From NCBI GenBank assembly GCA_964016885.1, contig OZ024741.1:256866001-256930000 (forward strand): a stretch of DNA of 64,000 nt, in the 5' to 3' direction. This document shows positions 14,901 through 26,199 of the stretch, in pieces; the first letter of the stretch is position 1, and each line of letters starts with the position of its first letter. Under the pieces are notes generated by a model, which made no database searches, was not told the origin of the DNA, and worked only from the letters and a program-made list of their open reading frames with translations. The position numbers were made by a program, and so were the translations under genes. The DNA comes from Eledone cirrhosa (taxonomy: Eukaryota).

Positions 14901-16500
14901 TGACTTACGAGTGTTCTGACTTACGGATGTTCTGACTTACGAGTGTTCCGACTTACGAGTGTTTCGGCTTATGAGGGTTTCGACTTACGAGTGCTTCGGC
15001 TTACGAGTGTTTCGACCTACGAGTGTTTCGGCTTACGAGTGTTTCGACTTACGAATGTTTTGGCTTACGAGTGTTTCGGCTTACGAGTGTTTCGAATTAC
15101 GAGTGTTTCGACTTACGAGTGTTTTGACTTACGGTGTTTCGGCTTACGAGTGTTTCGACTTACGAGTGTTTTAACTTACGGGTGTTTCGACTTACGCGTG
15201 TTTCGACTTACGAATGTTCCGACTTACGAGTGTTTCGACATACGAGTGTTTCGGCTTACGAGTGTTTCGACTTACGAGTGTTTCGACTTACGAGTGTTCT
15301 GACTTACGAGTGTTCTGACTTACGAGTGTTCTGACTTACGAGTGTTCCGACTTACGAGTGTTTCGACTTACGAGTGTTTTGACTTACGCGTGTTTCGACT
15401 TACGAGTGTTTCGACTTACGAGTGTTTCGACTTACAAATGTTCCGACTTACGAGTGTTTCTACTTACGAGTGTTTCGGCTTACGAGTGTTTCGACTTACG
15501 AAAATAACATATAGACGCGGTTTCAAATATCTATGCTTTTCAAATTCATTACATTAATCTTTATTTATACGTTTCGCTTTACGAGTGTTTCGGCGTACGA
15601 GTGTTTCGACTTACGAGTGTTTTAACTTACGGTTGTTTCGACTTACGCGTGTTTCGACTACGAATGTTCCGACTTGCGAGTGTTTCGGCTTACGAGTGTT
15701 TTGACTTACGGTGTTTCGGCTTACGAATGTTTCGACTTACGAGTGTTTTGACTTACTGGTGTTTTGACATACGAGTGTTTCGATACGAGTGTTTCGACTT
15801 ACGAGTGTTCTGACTTACGAGTGTTCTGACTTACGAGTGTTCTGACTTACGAGTGTTCCGACTTACGAGTGTTTCGGCTCACCAGTGTTTCGGCTTACGA
15901 GTGTTTCGACTTATGAAAATAACAAATAGACGCGGTTTCAAATCTCTATGCTTTTCAAATTCATTACATTAATCTTTATTTATACGTTTCGCTTTACGAG
16001 TGTTTCGACTTACGAGTGTTTCGACTTACGAGTGTTTCGGCTTACGATTGTTTTGACTTACGAGTGTTTTGACTTACATGTGTTTCGACTTACGCGTGTT
16101 TCGGCTTACGAGTGTTTCGAATTACGAGTGTTCTGACTACGAGTGTTCTGACTTACGGGTGTTCTGACTTACGTGTGTTCCGACTTACGAGTGTTTCGGC
16201 TTATGAGTGTTTCGACTTACGGGTGTTTCGGCTTTTGAGTGTTTCGACTTACGAGTGTTTCGGGTTACGAGTGTTTCGACTTACGAATGTTTTCGCTTAC
16301 GAGTGTTTCGGCTTACGAGTGTTTCGACTTACGAGTGTTTCGACTTACGAGTGTTTTGACTTACGGTTTTTCGGCTTGCGAGTGTTTCGACATACGAGTG
16401 TTTTGACTTACGGGCGTTTCGACTTACGGGTGTTTCGACTTACGAGTGTTTCGGCTTACGAGTGTTTCGACATACGAGTGTTTTGACATACGGATGTTTC
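11915..16500 (+). repeat. Older, more diverged block duplications (offsets 2600 and 2075 bp)
   Basis: ORF pairs 12343/14943 and 12534/15134 (offset 2600) carry several substitutions. Pair 13873/15948 is offset 2075. Confidence 0.8.
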
Positions 16501-18298
16501 GACTTACGGGTGTTTCGACTTACGAGTGTTTCGACTTACGAGTGTTCTGACTACGAGTGTTCTGACTTACGGGTTCTTTGACTTACGAGTGTTTCGACTT
16601 ACGAGTGTTTCGACTTATGAGTGTTTCGGCTTACGAGTGTTTTGACTTACGAGTGTTCTGACTACGAGTGTTCTGACTTACGAGTGTTTCGGCTTATGAG
16701 TGTTTCGACTTACGAGTGTTTCGGCTTATGAGTGTTTCGACTTACGAGTGTTTCGACTTACGAGTGTTTCGACTTACGAGTGTTTTGACTTACGGTGTTT
16801 CGGCTTACGAGTGTTTCGACTTACGAGTGTTTTGACTTACTGGTGTTTTGACATACGAGTGTTTCGATACGAGTGTTTCGACTTACGAGTGTTCTGACTT
16901 ACGAGTGTTCTGACTTACGAGTGTTCTAACTTACGAGTGTTCTGACTTACGAGTGTTCTGACTTACGAGTGTTCCGACTTACGAGTGTTTCGGCTCACCA
17001 GTGTTTCGGCTTACGAGTGTTTCGACTTACGAAAATAACAAATAGACGCGGTTTCAAATCTCTATGCTTTTCATATTCATTACATTAATCTTTATTTATA
17101 CGTTTCGCCTTACGAGTGTTTCGACTTACGAGTGTTTCGACTTACGAGTGTTTCGGCTTACGATTGTTTTGACTTACGAGTGTTTTGACTTACGGGTGTT
17201 TCGGCTTACGAGTGTTTCGACTTACGAGTGTTTTGACTTACGGGTGTTTTGACATACGAGTGTTTCGATACGAGTGTTCTGACTTACGAGTGTTCTGACT
17301 TACGAGTGTTCTGACTTACGAGTGTTCTGACTTACGAGTGTTCTGACTTACGAGTGTTCTGACATACGAGTGTTCTGACTTACGAGTGTTCTGACTTACG
17401 GGTGTTTCGACTTACGAATGTTTTTGCTTACGAGTGTTTCGGCTTACGAGTGTTTCGACTTACGAAAATAACAAATAGACGTGGTTTCAAATCTCTATGC
17501 TTTTCAAATTCATTACATTAATCTTTATTTACACGTTTCGCTTTACTAGTGTTTCGACTTACGAGTGTCTCGACTTACGAGTGTTTCGACTTACGAGTGT
17601 TTCGACTTACGAGTGTTTTGACTTACGAGTGTTCTGACTTACGAGTGTTCTGACTTACGAGTGTTTCGACTTACGAGTGTTCTGACTTACGAGTGTTCTG
17701 ACTTACGAGTGTTCCGACTTACGAGTGTTTCGACTTACGAGTGTTTCGACTTACGAGTGTTTCGACTTACGAGTGTTTCGGCTTACGAGTGTTTTGACTT
17801 ACGAGTGTTTCGACTTACGAGTGTTTCGACTTACGAGTGTTCTGACTACGAGTGTTCTGACTTATGAGTGTTTCGGCTTATGAGTGTTTCGACTTACGAG
17901 TGTTTCGGCTTATGAGTGTTTCGACTTACGAGTGTTTCGGCTTACGATTGTTTCGACTTACGAGTGTTTCGACTTACGAGTGTTTCGACATACGGGTGTT
18001 TCGACTTACGAGTGTTTCGACTACGAGTGTTTCGACTTACGAGTGTTTCGACTTACGAGTGTTCTGACTTACGAGTGTTCTGACTTACGAGTGTTCTGAC
18101 TTACGAGTGTTCCGACTTACGAGTGTTTCGACTTACGAGTGTTTTGACTTACGAATGTTCTGACTTACGGGTGTTTCGCCTTACGAGTGTTTCGACTTAC
18201 GAGTGTTTTAAATTACGGGTGTTTCGACTTACGCGTGTTTCGACTTACGAGTGTTTCGACTTACGAGTGTTTCGACTTACGAGTGTTTCGACTTACGA

Positions 18299-18355
18299 AA
18301 ATAACTTTCAAATATCTATGCTTTTCAAATTCATTACATTAATCTTTATTTATAC
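18299..18355 (+). repeat. Truncated linker copy (57 bp; 12-bp internal deletion of AAATAGACGCGG)
   Basis: Reads AAATAAC|TTTCAAATATCTATGC..., whereas full copies read AAATAAC-AAATAGACGCGG-TTTCAAAT. Confidence 0.93.
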
Positions 18356-18875
18356 GTTTCGCTTTACGAGTGTTTACGAGTGACTTACGAATGTTTTGAC
18401 TTCGACTTACGAGTGATCTGACTTACGAGTGTTCCTACTTACGAGTGTTTCGACTTACGAGTGTTTCGACTTGCGAGTGTTTCGACTTACGAGTGTTTCG
18501 GCTTACGAGTGTTTCGATGTTTCGGCTTACGTGTGTTTCGACTTACGAGTGTTTCGACTTACGAGTGTTTCGGCTTATGAGTGTTTCGACTTACGAGTGC
18601 TTCGGCTTACGAGTGTTTCGACTTACGAGTGTTTCGGCTTACGAGTGTTTCGACGTACGAATGTTTTGGCTTACGAGTGTTTCGGCTTATGAGTGTTTCG
18701 ACTTACGAGTGTTTCGACTTACGAGTGTTTCGGCTTACGAGTGTTTCGACTTACGAGTGTTTCGGCTTACGAGTGTTTCAGTGTTTCGGCTTACGTGTTT
18801 TGACTTACGAGTGTTTCGACTTACGAGTGTTTCGGCTTACGAGTGTTTCGGCTTACGAGTGTTTCGGCTTATATA

Positions 18876-18954
18876 TAAACGTTTCTATTTCCATCGTTTT
18901 ATCGTAAACGTTTATATATTTCCATCGTTATATCATAACGTTTATATTTCCGTC
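18876..18954 (+). repeat. Three-copy 29-31-bp tandem repeat (TAAACGTTT(A/C)TATTTCCATCGTT(A/T)TATC)
   Basis: Copies at 18876-18904, 18905-18935 and a partial copy at 18936-18954. Confidence 0.85.
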
Positions 18955-19131
18955 ACTAATCTCTTTTTCTCCTTTTCCGTTTTAACATATATTTATTTCA
19001 AAGATTTCACCGTATAGATAACATATATATTTATACATGCATAAAAGACACACCGAGAGACGGTAAAAATGTGGTGCCAAAAACATTTCTCATCCAAATC
19101 TCAACAATATCAGTATATACACTAGATTTGC

Positions 19132-19166
19132 TAGCAGAAAACCGCCCACCGGGTGGTTTTCTGCTA
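19132..19166. other. 16-bp inverted repeat / hairpin TAGCAGAAAACCGCCC-ACC-GGGTGGTTTTCTGCTA (candidate Helitron 3' terminus)
   Basis: Arms 19132-19147 and 19151-19166 pair at 15 of 16 positions plus one G:T wobble, with a 3-nt loop. It is bounded by CTAG at 19131-19134 and CTAT at 19164-19167. Confidence 0.9.
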
Positions 19167-19167
19167 T

Positions 19168-19289
19168 TCTATATATATAAAACTGAGGATGTCTGTCTGT
19201 GTGTGAGTTTGAATCCCTAAAACTCGAGAACCACCCAACCGACTGTTTTCAAACTTTACACATGTAATACTTATGTTTCAGGGAGTGTT
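19168..19289 (+). mobile_element. Helitron-like 5' segment, copy A
   Basis: Starts TC-TATATATATAAAA, followed by CTGAGGAT(GTCT)2(GT)n and GAATCCCTAAAACTCGAGAACCACCCAACCGACTGTTTTCAAACTTTACAC. A TC start with an AT-rich tract, microsatellite and conserved core matches non-autonomous rolling-circle elements as I recall them. Confidence 0.6.
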
Positions 19290-19459
19290 CTGAGCAAAAA
19301 ATATTTCAAATTTTCAATGTCGTAGGGACCACATTAGGCGATTTAGCGATCTCTCTCTATAATTCTTAGTCTTTCTCTTTTTAGATAGATACATACATAT
19401 AACGTCGTGCCCTTATAATATCTGTCTGTATGTCTGGCTGTCTGCATTACGTCACTTCC

Positions 19460-19576
19460 CTGAGGATGTCTGTGTGTGTGTGTGTGTCTGTGAGTTTGAA
19501 TCCCTAAAATGCGAGAAGTACCCAACCGATTTTTTTCAAACTTTACATGTGTATTACTTATGTTTCAGGGAGTGTT
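19460..19576 (+). repeat. Helitron-like segment, copy B (direct repeat of 19183-19289)
   Basis: Aligns with copy A from CTGAGGATGTCTGT to CAGGGAGTGTT. I counted 9 mismatches in the roughly 85 bp after the microsatellite, and the (TG)n tract is 10 bp longer. Confidence 0.92.
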
Positions 19577-20759
19577 TGTTATGCACATAAAATTCAACCT
19601 TTTGATCTGGTGTTTTGACTTACGAGTGTTTCGATACGAGTGTTTCGACTTACGAGTGTTCTGACTTACGAGTGTTCTGACTTACGAGCGTTCTGACTTA
19701 CGAGTGTTCCGACTTACGAGTGTTTCGGCTTACGAGTGTTTCGACTTACGAGTGTTCTGACTTACGAGTGTTTCGACTTACGAGCGTTCCGACTTACGAG
19801 TGTTTCGACTAACGAGTGTTTCGGCTTACGAGTGTTTCGACTTACGAGTGTTCTGACTTACGAGTGTTCCGACTTACGAGCGTTCCGATTTACGAGTGTT
19901 TCGACTTACGAGTGTTAAGACTTACGGGTGTTTTGACATACGAGTGTTTCGATACGAGTGTTTCGACTTACGAGTGTTACGAGTGTTCTCACTTACGAGT
20001 GTTTCGACTTACGAGTGTTCTGACCTACGAGTGTTCTGACTTACGAGTGTTTCGACTTACGAGTGTTTTGACTTACGGGTGTTTCGACTTACGAGTGTTT
20101 CGACTTACGAGTGTTTCGAGTTACGAGTGTTTCGACTTACGAGTGTTTTGACTTACGAATGTTCTGACTTACGGGTGTTTCGGCTTACGAGTGTTTCGAC
20201 TTACGAGTGTTTTAACTTACGGGTGTTTCGACTTACACGTGTTTCGACTTGCGAGTGTTTCGACTTACGAGTGTTTCGACTACGAATGTTCCGACTTACG
20301 AGTGTTTCGACTTACGAGTGTTTCGACTTACGAGTATTCTGACTTACGGGTGTTCCGACTTACGAGTGTTTCGGCTTACGATTGTTTTGACTTACGATTG
20401 TTTCGGCTTATGAGTGTTTCGACTTACGAGTGTTTCGGCTTATGAGTGTTTCGACTTACGAGTGTTTCAGCTTACGAATGTTTCGACTTACGAGTGTTAA
20501 GACTTACGGGTGTTTTGACATACGAGTGTTTCGATTTACGAGTGTTTCGACTTACGAGTGCTTTGACTTACGGTGTTTCGGCTTACGAGTGTTTCGACTT
20601 ACGTGTGTTTCGACTTACTAATGTTTTTACTTACGAGTGTTTCGGTGTACGAGTGTTTCGACTTAAGGATGTTTCGACTAACGAGTGTTTCGGCTTACGA
20701 GTGTTTCGACTTACGAGTGTTCTGACTTACGAGTGTTTCGACTTACGAGTGTTTTGACT

Positions 20760-22930
20760 TACTGGTGTTTTGACATACGAGTGTTTCGATACGAGTGTTT
20801 CGACTTACGAGTGTTCTGACTTACGAGTGTTCTGACTTACGAGTGTTCTAACTTACGAGTGTTCTGACTTACGAGTGTTCTGACTTACGAGTGTTCCGAC
20901 TTACGAGTGTTTCGGCTCACCAGTGTTTCGGCTTACGAGTGTTTCGACTTACGAAAATAACAAATAGACGCGGTTTCAAATCTCTATGCTTTTCATATTC
21001 ATTACATTAATCTTTATTTATACGTTTCGCCTTACGAGTGTTTCGACTTACGAGTGTTTCGACTTACGAGTGTTTCGGCTTACGAGTGTTTCGACTTACG
21101 AGTGTTTTGACTTACGGGTGTTTTGACATACGAGTGTTTCGATACGAGTGTTCTGACTTACGAGTGTTCTGACTTACGAGTGTTCTGACTTACGAGTGTT
21201 CTGACTTACGAGTGTTCCGATTTACGAGTGTTTCGGCTTATGAGTGTTTCGACTTACGAATGTTTTTGCTTACGGGTGTTTCGACTTACGAATGTTTTTG
21301 CTTACGAGTGTTTCGGCTTACGAGTGTTTCGACTTACGAGTGTTTCGGCTTACGAGTGTTTTGACTTACGAATGTTCTGACTACGAGTGTTCTGACTTAC
21401 GAGTGTTTCGGCTTATGAGTGTTTCGGCTTACGAGTGTTTCGACATACGGGTGTTTCGACTTACGGTGTTTCGGCTTACGAGTGTTTCGACTTACGAGTG
21501 TTCTGACTTACGAGTGTTCTGACTTACGAGTGTTCTGACTTACGAGTGTTCCGACTTACGAGTGTTTCGGCTTACGAGTGTTTCGGCTTACGAGTGTTTC
21601 GGCTTACGAGTGTTTCAACTTACGAGTGTTTCGACTTACGAGTGTTTCGACTTACGAGTGTTTTGACTTACGGTGTTTCGGCTTACGAGTGTTTCGACTT
21701 ACGAATGTTTTGACTTACTGGTGTTTTGACATACGAGTGTTTCGATACGAGTGTTTCGACTTACGAGTGTTCTGACTTACGAGTGTTCTGACTTACGAGT
21801 GTTCTGACTGACGAGTGTTCTAACTTACGAGTGTTCTGACTTACGAGTGTTCTGACTTACGAGTGTTCCGACTTACGAGTGTTTCGGCTCACCAGTGTTT
21901 CGGCTTACGAGTGTTTCGACTTACGAAAATAACAAATAGACGCGGTTTCAAATCTCTATACTTTTCAAATTCATTACATTAATCTTTATTTATACGTTTC
22001 GCTTTACGAGTGTTTCGACTTACGAGTGTTTCGACTTACGAGTGTTTCGGCTTACGATTGTTTTGACTTACGAGTGTTTTGACTTACGGGTGTTTCGGCC
22101 TACGAGTGTTTCGACTTACGAGTGTTCTGACTTACGAGTGTTCTGACTTACGAGCGTTCCGACTTACGAGTGTTTCGGCTTACGAGTGTTCCGACTTACG
22201 AGTGTTTCGACTTACGAGTGTTTCGACTTACGAGCGTTTTGACTTACGAGTGTTTTGACTTACGGTGTTTCTGCTTACGAGTGTTTCGACTTACGAGGGT
22301 TAAGACTTACGGGTGTTTTGACATACGAGTGTTTCGACTTACGAGTGTTACCAGTGTTCTGACTTACGAGTGTTTCGACTTACGGGTGTTCTGACCTACG
22401 AGTGTTCTGACTTACGAGTGTTTCGACTTACGAGTGTTTTGACTTACGGGTGTTTCGACTTACGAGTGTTTCGACTTACGAGTGTTTCGAGTTACGGGTG
22501 TTTCGACTTACGAGTGTTTTGACTTACGAGTGTTAAGACTTACGGGTGTTTTGACATACGAGTGTTTCGATACGAGTGTTTCGACTTACGAGTGTTTTGA
22601 CTTACGGGTGTTTTGACATACGAGTGTTTCGAAACGAGTGTTTCGACTACGAGTGTTTCGACTTACGAGTGTTTCGGCTTACGAGTGTTTCGACATACGG
22701 GTGTTTCGATTTACGGTGTTTCGGCTTACGAGTGTTTCGACTTACGAATGTTCTGACTTACGAGTGTTCTGACTTACGAGTGTTCTGACTTACGAGTGTT
22801 CTGACTTACGATTGTTCCGACTTACGAGTGTTTCGGCTTACGAGTGTTTCGGCTTACGAGTGTTTCGACTTACGAGTGTTTCGATTTACGAGTGTTTCGA
22901 CTTACGAGTGTTTTGACTTACGGTGTTTCG
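20760..22930 (+). repeat. Dispersed near-identical copy of about 3760-5930 (offset 17004)
   Basis: Linkers 3951/20955 and 4923/21927, and ORFs 4240/21244, 4574/21578, 5166/22170 and 5572/22576, all share offset 17004. Confidence 0.88.
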
Positions 22931-25900
22931 GCTTACGAGTGTTTCGGCTTACGAGTGTTTCGGCTTATGAGTGTTTCGACTTACAAGTGTTTTGACTTAC
23001 GGGTGTTTTGACATACGAGTGTTTCGATACGAGTGTTCTGACTTACGAGTGTTTCCGCTTACGAGTGTTTCGGCTTACGAGTGTTTCGACTTACTAATGT
23101 TTTTACTTACGAGTGTTTCGGTGTACGAGTGTTTCGACTTAAGGATGTTTCGACTTACGAGTGTTTCGACTTACGAGTGTTTCGACTTACGAGTGTTTCG
23201 ACTTACGAGTGTTTTGGCTTACGAATGTTTTGACATACGGGTGTTTCGACTTACGGGTGTTTCGGCTTACGAGTGTTTCGACTTATGAGTGTTCCGACTT
23301 ACGAGTGTTTCGACTTACGAGTGTTCTGACTACGAGTGTTCTGACTTACGTGTGCTCTGACTTACGAGTGTTTCGACTTACGAGTGTTCCGACTTACGAG
23401 TGTTTCGACTTACGAGTGTTTCGACTTACGAGCGTTTTGACTTACGAGTGTTTTGACTTACGGTGTTTCTGCTTACGAGTGTTTAGACTTACGAGGGTTA
23501 AGACTTACGGGTGTTTTGACATACGAGTGTTTCGACTTACGAGTGTTACGAGTGTTCTGACTTACGAGTGTTTCGACTTACGAGTGTTCTGACCTACGAG
23601 TGTTCTGACTTACGAGTGTTTCGACTTACGAGTGTTTCGAGTTATGAGTGTTCCGACTTACGAGTGTTTCGACTTACGAGTGTTCTGACTACGAGTGTTC
23701 TGACTTACGGGTGCTCTGACTTACGAGTGTTTCGACTTACGAGTGTTTCGACTTATGAGTGTTTCGGCTTACGAGTGTTTTGACTTACGAGTGTTCTGAC
23801 TACGAGTGTTCTGACTTACGAGTGTTTCGGCTTATGAGTGTTTCGACTTACGAGTGTTTCGGCTTATGAGTGTTTCGACTTACGAGTGTTTCGGCTTACG
23901 AGTGTTTCGACTTACGAGTGTTTCGACTTACGAGTGTTTCAACTTACGAGTGTTTCGACTTACGAGTGTTTCGACTTACGGGTGTTTCGACTTACGAGTG
24001 TTTCGACTACGAGTGTTTCGACTTACGAGTGTTTCGGCTTACGAGTGTTTCGACTTACGGTGTTTCGGCTTACGAGTGTTTCGACTTACGAGTGTTCTGA
24101 CTTACGAGTGTTCTGACTTACGAGTGTTCCGACTTACGAGTGTTTCGGCTTACGAGTGTTTCGGCTTACGAGTGTTTCGACTTACGAGTGTTTCGACTTA
24201 CGAGTGTTTCGACTTACGAGTGTTTCGACTTACGAGTGTTTCGGCTTACGAGTGTTTCGACTTACGAGTGTTTTGACTTACGGGTGTTTTGACATACGAG
24301 TGTTTCGATACGAGTGTTCTGACTTACGAGTGTTCTGACTTACGAGTGTTCTGACTTACGAGTGTTCTGACTTACGAGTGTTCCGATTTACGAGTGTTTC
24401 GGCTTATGAGTGTTTCGACTTACGAATGTTTTTGCTTACGGGTGTTTCGACTTACGAATGTTTTTGCTTACGAGTGTTTCGGCTTACGAGTGTTTCGACT
24501 TACGAGTGTTTCGGCTTACGAGTGTTTTGACTTACGAATGTTCTGACTACGAGTGTTCTGACTTACGAGTGTTTCGGCTTATGAGTGTTTCGGCTTACGA
24601 GTGTTTCGACATACGGGTGTTTCGACTTACGGTGTTTCGGCTTACGAGTGTTTCGACTTACGAGTGTTCTGACTTACGAGTGTTCTGACTTACGAGTGTT
24701 CTGACTTACGAGTGTTCCGACTTACGAGTGTCGGCTTACGAGTGTTTCGGCTTACGAGTGTTTCGGCTTACGAGTGTTTCGACTTACGAGTGTTTCGACT
24801 TACGAGTGTTTCGACTTACGAGTGTTTTGACTTACGGTGTTTCGGCTTACGAGTGTTTCGACTTACGAATGTTTTGACTTACTGGTGTTTTGACATACGA
24901 GTGTTTCGATACGAGTGTTTCGACTTACGAGTGTTCTGACTTACGAGTGTTCTGACTTACGAGTGTTCTGACTGACGAGTGTTCTAACTTACGAGTGTTC
25001 TGACTTACGAGTGTTCTGACTTACGAGTGTTCCGACTTACGAGTGTTTCGGCTCACCAGTGTTTCGGCTTACGAGTGTTTCGACTTACGAAAATAACAAA
25101 TAGACGCGGTTTCAAATCTCTATACTTTTCAAATTCATTACATTAATCTTTATTTATACGTTTCGCTTTACGAGTGTTTCGACTTACGAGTGTTTCGACT
25201 TACGAGTGTTTCGGCTTACGATTGTTTTGACTTACGAGTGTTTTGACTTACGGGTGTTTCGGCCTACGAGTGTTTCGACTTACGAGTGTTCTGACTTACG
25301 AGTGTTCTGACTTACGAGCGTTCCGACTTACGAGTGTTTCGGCTTACGAGTGTTCCGACTTACGAGTGTTTCGACTTACGAGTGTTTCGACTTACGAGCG
25401 TTTTGACTTACGAGTGTTTTGACTTACGGTGTTTCTGCTTACGAGTGTTTCGACTTACGAGGGTTAAGACTTACGGGTGTTTTGACATACGAGTGTTTCG
25501 ACTTACGAGTGTTACCAGTGTTCTGACTTACGAGTGTTTCGACTTACGAGTGTTACCAGTGTTCTGACCTACGAGTGTTCTGACTTACGAGTGTTTCGAC
25601 TTACGAGTGTTTTGACTTACGGGTGTTTCGACTTACGAGTGTTTCGACTTACGAGTGTTTCGAGTTACGGGTGTTTCGACTTACGAGTGTTTTGACTTAC
25701 GAGTGTTAAGACTTACGGGTGTTTTGACATACGAGTGTTTCGATACGAGTGTTTCGACTTACGAGTGTTTTGACTTACGAGTGTTTTGACATACGAGTGT
25801 TTCGAAACGAGTGTTTCGACTACGAGTGTTTCGACTTACGAGTGTTTCGGCTTACGAGTGTTTCGACATACGGGTGTTTCGATTTACGGTTTTTCGGCTT

Positions 25901-26199
25901 ACGAGTGTTTCGACTTACGAATGTTCTGACTTACGAGTGTTCTGACTTACGAGTGTTCTGACTTACGAGTGTTCTGACTTACGATTGTTCCGACTTACGA
26001 GTGTTTCGGCTTACGAGTGTTTCGGCTTACGAGTGTTTCGACTTACGAGTGTTTCGATTTACGAGTGTTTCGACTTACGAGTGTTTTGACTTACGGTGTT
26101 TCGGCTTACGAGTGTTTCGACTTACGAGTGTTTTGACTTACTGGTGTTTTGACATACGAGGGTTTCGATACGAGTGTTTCGACTTACGAGTGTTCTGAC

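Larger units (their letters stand above)
1..18871 (+). repeat. 16-bp tandem satellite array, left of the island (consensus GACTTACGAGTGTTTC)
   Basis: Directly visible head-to-tail repeats. Common variants are TTCGGC, TTCTGA, TTTTGA, TTCCGA, TACGGG and CATACG, plus shorter monomers (GACTACG 15-mer, GATACG and TTACGGTG 14-mers). The array runs off the left edge of the window. Confidence 0.99.
18872..19606. mobile_element. 735-bp non-satellite island composed of non-autonomous Helitron-like fragments
   Basis: The only non-array segment in the window. It contains a hairpin ending CTGCTA, a TCTATATATATAAAA 5'-type end, a (GTCT/GT)n microsatellite and a duplicated AA..CGAGAA..ACCCAACCGA...TTTTCAAACTTTACA core. 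There is no target-site duplication and no Rep/helicase ORF. The family call rests on recalled Helitron/HINE architecture, not on a database search. Confidence 0.6.

Noticed and set aside
19132-19166. Bacterial intrinsic terminator
   Set aside because: There is no upstream gene, the context is eukaryotic satellite, and the hairpin is better explained as a transposon terminus.
19343-19525. 60-aa minus-strand ORF
   Set aside because: It is short, has a non-ATG start, and is largely the translation of (CA)n and (GA)n microsatellites.
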